64,000 bases of DNA from contig JANJGN010000021.1 in the NCBI GenBank assembly GCA_026770705.1, positions 48,608,001 through 48,672,000 of the forward strand. The letters are read 5' to 3'. This stretch comes from Isurus oxyrinchus. Taxonomy: Eukaryota. This document shows, piece by piece, positions 58,423-64,000 of this stretch. A program made the position numbers and the translations under genes. Under the pieces are notes generated by a model. It was not told the DNA's origin, made no database searches, and worked only from the letters and a program-made list of their open reading frames with translations. The stretch's first letter is position 1; each line of letters starts with the position of its first letter.

Positions 58423-61400
58423 TGTAATGGCAAATGGAGTGTAGCTGAGCTAGCTGATTGAAAACTTGGTTTGGTGAGAGGGGAGTTCAGAAAAAGGCAG
58501 GAGGACATGATCATTTCCTCTTTCTATCTTTCTCTTCCCATAGCAATTGGTTCTTGCTCTTCTACAGGGAAAGGAGCTAGCTGTTTGGTAAGTATCTGGT
58601 AAGTGGGTAAGTTCTATTCTATCCCTAAGGTTTAAAAATGTACATAAACTGGCTGTAAAGTTAATAAAATATATAAAAAAGCAACATAAATAAGTGATTA
58701 ATATTACTAAGTAATTATTTAAAACACATTAAGGGTGGCAGGACAGGCGATGTGTCAAGGCTGCAGCATGTGGTAGCTCCTGTATAACATTGTGATCCAG
58801 GGCAAACATGCCTGCAGTAAGTGTTTGCGGCTTGAGGTACTTCGGCTCAGAGTCATTGAGCTGGAGGCTGAGCTGCAGAATCTGTGACACATCAGGGAAG
58901 GGAAAATCTACCGGGATGCTTTATACCAGGAGTCAGTCATACTACTTAGAATAGGGTCTTCTGATTTGGTCAGTGGTCAGGGACAGAAGGGTGTGACTGT
59001 GAGTGAGGCAGGTAAGGGGATCCAGAGGGTAGGAATGCAGGAGTGTGAGCCTCTGCAATTGTCCAATAGGTTTGAGGTTCTCTCAGCTTGTTTGGATGAG
59101 AGTTGGAGCTGCTGGGTGGATGAGTAAACAAACCATGGCACCGTGGTACAGGAAGCTATTCAAGTGGGAGGAACAAAAAGGAATATAGTGGTAGTACAGT
59201 GAGGGGGATTGACACTGTTCTGTGCAGCAGAGAGTGAGAGTCCAGATGGCTTTGTTGCCTGTCCAGTGCCAGGATTCGAGGCATCTGCTCAGGATTGGAG
59301 AGGAACTTGCAGCTGGAGGGGAAGGACCCAATGGTCGTGGTCCATGTAGGTACCAACGACATAGGCAAGATGAGGAAGGAGGCTCTGCATAGTCAGTATA
59401 ACGGGCTAGGCACCAAATTAAGAAACAGAACCTCAAACGTAATAATTTCTGGATAATTACCTGAGCCACGTGCAAATTGGCATAGAGCAAATAAGGTGAG
59501 AGAAATGAATGCGTAGCTCAAACAGTGGTGTGGGAGGAATGGGTCCTGGTTTGTGGGCCTGTGGCACCAGTACTGAGGAAAGTGGTGTCCTTGCAAGCTG
59601 CATAACTAGGGAAGCAGAGAGGGTTTAAAACTGAATAGCGGAGGCAAGAGGTCAAATTTGGGAAGATATGGTAAACCAAAGAGTAGAGACAAGACAAGAG
59701 AGACAGATATTTATATGGGAAATGATAAACAGACTGTTACAGGAAAGGACAGAGAGTACAAATCTAAGAGTAAATCAGCAAATAAGGCTCGATGCTACAA
59801 ACATAATAAAGGGACAAAACTAAAAGCTCTGTACCCAAATGCACATAGCATTCAAAACAAAGCAGATGAACTGATGGTGCAAATAGAAACAAATAAGCAT
59901 GATCGGGTAGCCATTACCAAGATGTAGCTACAGGATGAAATGGATTGGGACCTGAATATTGAAGAGTATGTGATATTTAGGAAAGACGGGCAGAATTTTG
60001 CCCTTGATGGGCGGGCAAGCCTCACTGGCTCAGCGGCAGGTGGGCAACCGATCGCCGCCACAAAAGCGGGCCTGCCGCCATTTTGAGTGGGCGGGCCAAT
60101 TAAGGCCTGCCCAGCGGGCTGCCCAACGGGAAAGAGCGCACATCTCCCTGAGACTAAGTGCTGTCTCAGGGAGATCGATGAAAGCTTTATAAACATCAAA
60201 AATAGAAAAATAAAAAAATTATTAAAATGTACCCCTCATGTGACAATGTCACACAAGATGGGACATGTTAATAAATATGACTAAAACTTTATTAAACTTT
60301 TAAAAAACAGACATGAAACCTCATCCCGCCAGTGGGTGAAGTTTCATGTTTTTTCAGAAGCCCGCTGAGACTCCTGGCCTGCCCGCCAGCCTTAAGGTTG
60401 GACAGGCAGGGCCTTTAATTGGATTAATTATCCTGTCAATGGCCTCAATTGGCCATTGACAGGTCGGCGGGTGGACAGCTGATTTCACTGTCTGCCCACC
60501 TTCCTGAATATAAAATGGGGAGGGATGACGTTGGGGGTCTTCCCGCATCATTTTCGGGTCGGCGAGCAGGCCCCGCCACCAAATCGCCGACAGAAGAATT
60601 CTGGCCAGAAAGTTAGGAAAAGTTGGAGGGGTGGCTCTATTAATTAATGATGGTATTAGTACATTAGGGAGGGATGGCCAAAGCTCAGGAACCCATGAAG
60701 TAGAAGTGGTTTGAGTGGAGATGAGGAATGATAAAGGCATGAAGTGGTGTACAGGCCTCCTAATTGTAACTACGTGCTAGGACAGAGTATAAAAGAAGAG
60801 ATAATGGGAGTTTACCAGAAAGGTACAACAATAATCATGGGGGATTTTAATCGACAAATAGACTGGAAAAATCAGATGGGCAAAAGTAGTGTAGATGAGG
60901 GGTTCATAGAATGTTTTCAGGATAGTTTCTTAGAACAGCACATTCTGGAGCCAACCAGGAAGCAGGCTATACTAGACCTTGTACTGAGCAATGAGATAGG
61001 ATTAATTGATTACATCATAGTGAAGGCACCCCTAGGTAGCAGTGATCATAATATGATTGAATTTTACATTGGTTTTGAGAAAGAAACGAATGTGTCCAAA
61101 ACTAGAATTTTAAACTTAAATAAGGGCAATTATGAGGGCACGAAATCAGAGTGAGCTACAGTGAACTGGCAAATGAGGTTAAGGGGTAGGTCAATAGAAG
61201 TTCACTTGCAGACATTTAAAGGGATATTTCAGAAAACACAGAATATATACATTCCAATGAGAAAGAAAAATTCCAAGGGGAAGGCCCACCATCTGCAGTT
61301 TACTAAAAAAGTTAAAGACAGTTTCCAACTTAAGAAGAAGCATATAATCATGACAGGTGGCAGGTCAGAAGTTTGGAAAGAATATAAAGAGCAGCAAAAG

Positions 61401-63395
61401 ATGACAAAATGATTAATAAGGAGGGAAAAATTAGAGCATAAGAGAAAGCTAACTAATAATATAAAGATGGATAATAAGAACTTCTATAGATATTTAAATA
61501 AGAAAAGAGTTAACAAAGTGAGCATTGGTCCTATAGAAAGTGCATCTGGGAAATTGATAATGGAAAGTGGGGAGATGGCGGATGAATTAAACAGGTATTT
61601 TGCTTTGGTCTTGACTGTAAAGGACATAAGTAACATCCCAGAAATAGCTGTAAATCAGGAAATGGAGGGGAGGGAGGAACTTGGAGAATTACAATCACCA
61701 GGGAAGTGGTATGAAGCAAATAGTTGAGGCTGTGGCTGACAAATCCCCAAGTCCGCATGGACCTCACCCTATGGTCTTGAAATACATGGCTTGTGAGATA
61801 ATTGATGCATTGATTTTAATTTTCCAAAATTCCCTAGATTCAGGGAAGGTTCCACTAGATTGGAAAATGTAACTCCTTTACTCAAAAGGGAGGGAGACAT
61901 AAAGCAGGAAAATACAGTCCAGTTAGCATCTGTCAAAGGGAAAATGTTAGAAGCTGTTACTAAAGATGTTATAGCAGGGCACTTAGAAGAATTCAAGACA
62001 ATCAGGCAGAGTCAACATGGTTTTGTTCGAGTCCTTAGAAGGAGTCACATGTGCTGTGGATAAGGGGAACCGGTGGACGTACTGCACTTAGACTTCCAGG
62101 AGACATTTGATAAAGTGCCACATCAAAGGTTATTGCAGAAAATAAAAGCTCATGGTGTAAGGGGTAACATATTGACATGGATAGAAGACAAGCTAGCTAA
62201 CAGGAAGCAGAGAGTTGACATAAATGGGTCTTTTTCTCATTGGCAGGATGTGACAAATGATGTGCCACAGGGATCGGTACTGGGGCCTCAACCTTTTACA
62301 ATTTATATAAATGATTTCAATGAAGGGACAGAAGGAATGGTTGTTAAATTTGCTGACGACATAAACATAGGTAGGAAAGTAAATTGTGAAGCGGATGTAA
62401 GGAGGCTACAAAGTGACACAGATAGGTTAAGTGAGTGGGCAAAGCTCTGGCAAATGGAGTTTATTGTGGACAAACATGAAATCGTTCATTTTGGCAGGAA
62501 GAATAAAAAAGCTCAGTATCTAAATGGTGAGAGATTGCAGAGCTCTGAGATTCAGAGCTAGTCTTCTATCCATGTCAATATGTTACCCCCTACACCATGA
62601 GCTTTTATTTTCTGCAATAACCTTTGATGTGGCACTTTATCAAATGTCTCCTGGAAATCTAATTGCAGTACATCTGAGATTCAGACGGATCTGGATGTCC
62701 TAGTGCATGAATCACAAAAGCTTAGTATACAGGCACAGCAGCTAATTAGGGAAGCTCATAGAATGTTATCATTTATTGTGAGGAGAATTGATCACAAAAG
62801 TAAGGACGTTATGCTTCAGTTGTACAGGGCATTGGTGAGACCACATCTGGAGCATTGTGCACAGTACTGGTCCCCTTATTTAAAGAAAGATATAAATGTG
62901 TTAGAAGCAGCTCAAAGAACATTTACTAGACTAATACCAGGAATGGGGGGGTCATCTTATGAGGAAAGGATGGACAGGTAAGGCTTCTATCCACTGGGAC
63001 TTAGAAGAGTGAGAGGTAACTTAACTGAAACCTTTAAGATCCTGAGGAATCTTGACAGGATGGATGTGGTGAGGATGTTTCCTCTTGTGGGAGAATCTAA
63101 AGTTAGGGGTCGCTGTTTAAAAATAAGGGGTCACTCATTTAAGAAAGATAAGGAGAAATTATTTCTCTTGGGGGTTGCGAGTATCTTCCTCAAAAGGCAG
63201 TGGAAGCTGAGTCTTTGAATATTTTTAAGGCAGAGCTAGATAGATTCTTGATTAACAAAGGGGTGAAAGGTTATTGGAGTTAGGCAGGAACGTGGGGTTG
63301 AGGTTACATTCAGATCAGCCATAATCTTACTGAATAGCTGAGCAGGCTCAAGGAGCCACATGGGCTACTCCTGTTCCTAATCTGTATGTTTGTAT
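58423..63395 (+). mobile_element. near-full-length CR1 LINE (5' UTR, ORF1, ORF2, tail), decayed
   Basis: ORF1 ~58735-59590: CQGCSMW..HACSKCLRLEVLRLRVIELEAEL zinc/leucine motif and esterase VVVHVGTNDIG. ORF2 from ~59820: endonuclease NAHSIQNK, VYRPP, GDFN, SDHN; RT PQGSVLGP, KFADD; CR1 tail. Confidence 0.95.
59988..60606. mobile_element. PIF/Harbinger-type MITE in the CR1 endonuclease; same family as 47574-48258, opposite orientation
   Basis: TIRs gggcagaatttt and gaattctggcc; interrupts FRKD|RKLGK; no clear TSD. Confidence 0.88.
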
Positions 63396-63400
63396 ATAAT

Positions 63401-63545
63401 CCTCTCCTCCTCATTGCCCCTCTTCTCCTCACAGCCTCTCTTATCACAGTTGCTCCACCCTGCAACCTCTCCTCTCCCCCACAGCATCTGGTCCCCATGT
63501 GTTCTCCATGTCTCCCAGCCTCTCTTCCCCCCAGACCTCTCTCAT
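63401..63545. repeat. CT-rich minisatellite, right part
   Basis: ctcacagcctctc-type units. Confidence 0.7.
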
Positions 63546-63769
63546 CACTGCCGTTCTGGTGCTCAGGCTGATACACTGCCACTCACCTTCCCATTGCTCA
63601 TTGCTCCTCCAATCACAGGTTGGTTCTCTTCCATGTCTGCTGCTGATAGGGTCACTAGTGAGATGCAATTGAGCTTATCAGCAGCAAGCATGAGAGAGAA
63701 GCAGCCTGTGATTGGAGGAACAGCTCTGTCATTTCTATGTACCAGGTGACTTTTCTCTTACTGCTCACC

Positions 63770-63872
63770 CCCTTGTGGCGCAGTGGTAGCATTCCTACTT
63801 CTGGGCTTGAAGCTTTGAGTTCAAGTCTCACTTCAGGACTTGATGGCCATGGGAGGTGTGTCATTACACAGC
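63770..63872 (+). mobile_element. tRNA-derived SINE head
   Basis: tggcgcagtggtagc (A box) and gagttcaagtctc (B box); homologous to 12742-12850. Confidence 0.6.
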
Positions 63873-64000
63873 CCATTATTCTTCAATAAAGAACCTTTTG
63901 TTTAGTTTCCCAATCATTGTCACAATGTTAAGACCCAATAACAAAACACAAACTGCATTAGCAAATATAATGAGCAAATGCGTAAGAAGTTCAGTGACAT

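Overview
This is eukaryotic vertebrate DNA, most likely a cartilaginous fish (shark), judged from recalled repeat families: HER1-type CR1 tails, a SacSINE1/Deu-type SINE and shark-type Penelope elements. I found no confidently identifiable host gene, rRNA, tRNA or CRISPR array; the window looks intergenic or intronic and is largely decayed transposable elements. These include CR1 and other CR1/L2-group LINEs (one near-full-length CR1 at 58.4-63.4 kb), many Penelope-like (GIY-YIG) fragments, two internally deleted Gypsy LTR elements, PIF/Harbinger elements and MITEs, SINEs and a CT-rich minisatellite. The most striking signal is a minimal hammerhead-ribozyme motif repeated about 11 times in Penelope-derived 3' ends. 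Three ~140-bp insertions with clean 11-14 bp target-site duplications consist only of the hammerhead plus a short tail, and the short inverted dimers also join at the hammerhead. Other notable structures are a four-level nested TE stack (27.7-36.3 kb), an intron-containing Harbinger Myb/SANT pseudogene and two locally templated inverted insertions. All family names come from motif recognition, not database searches.
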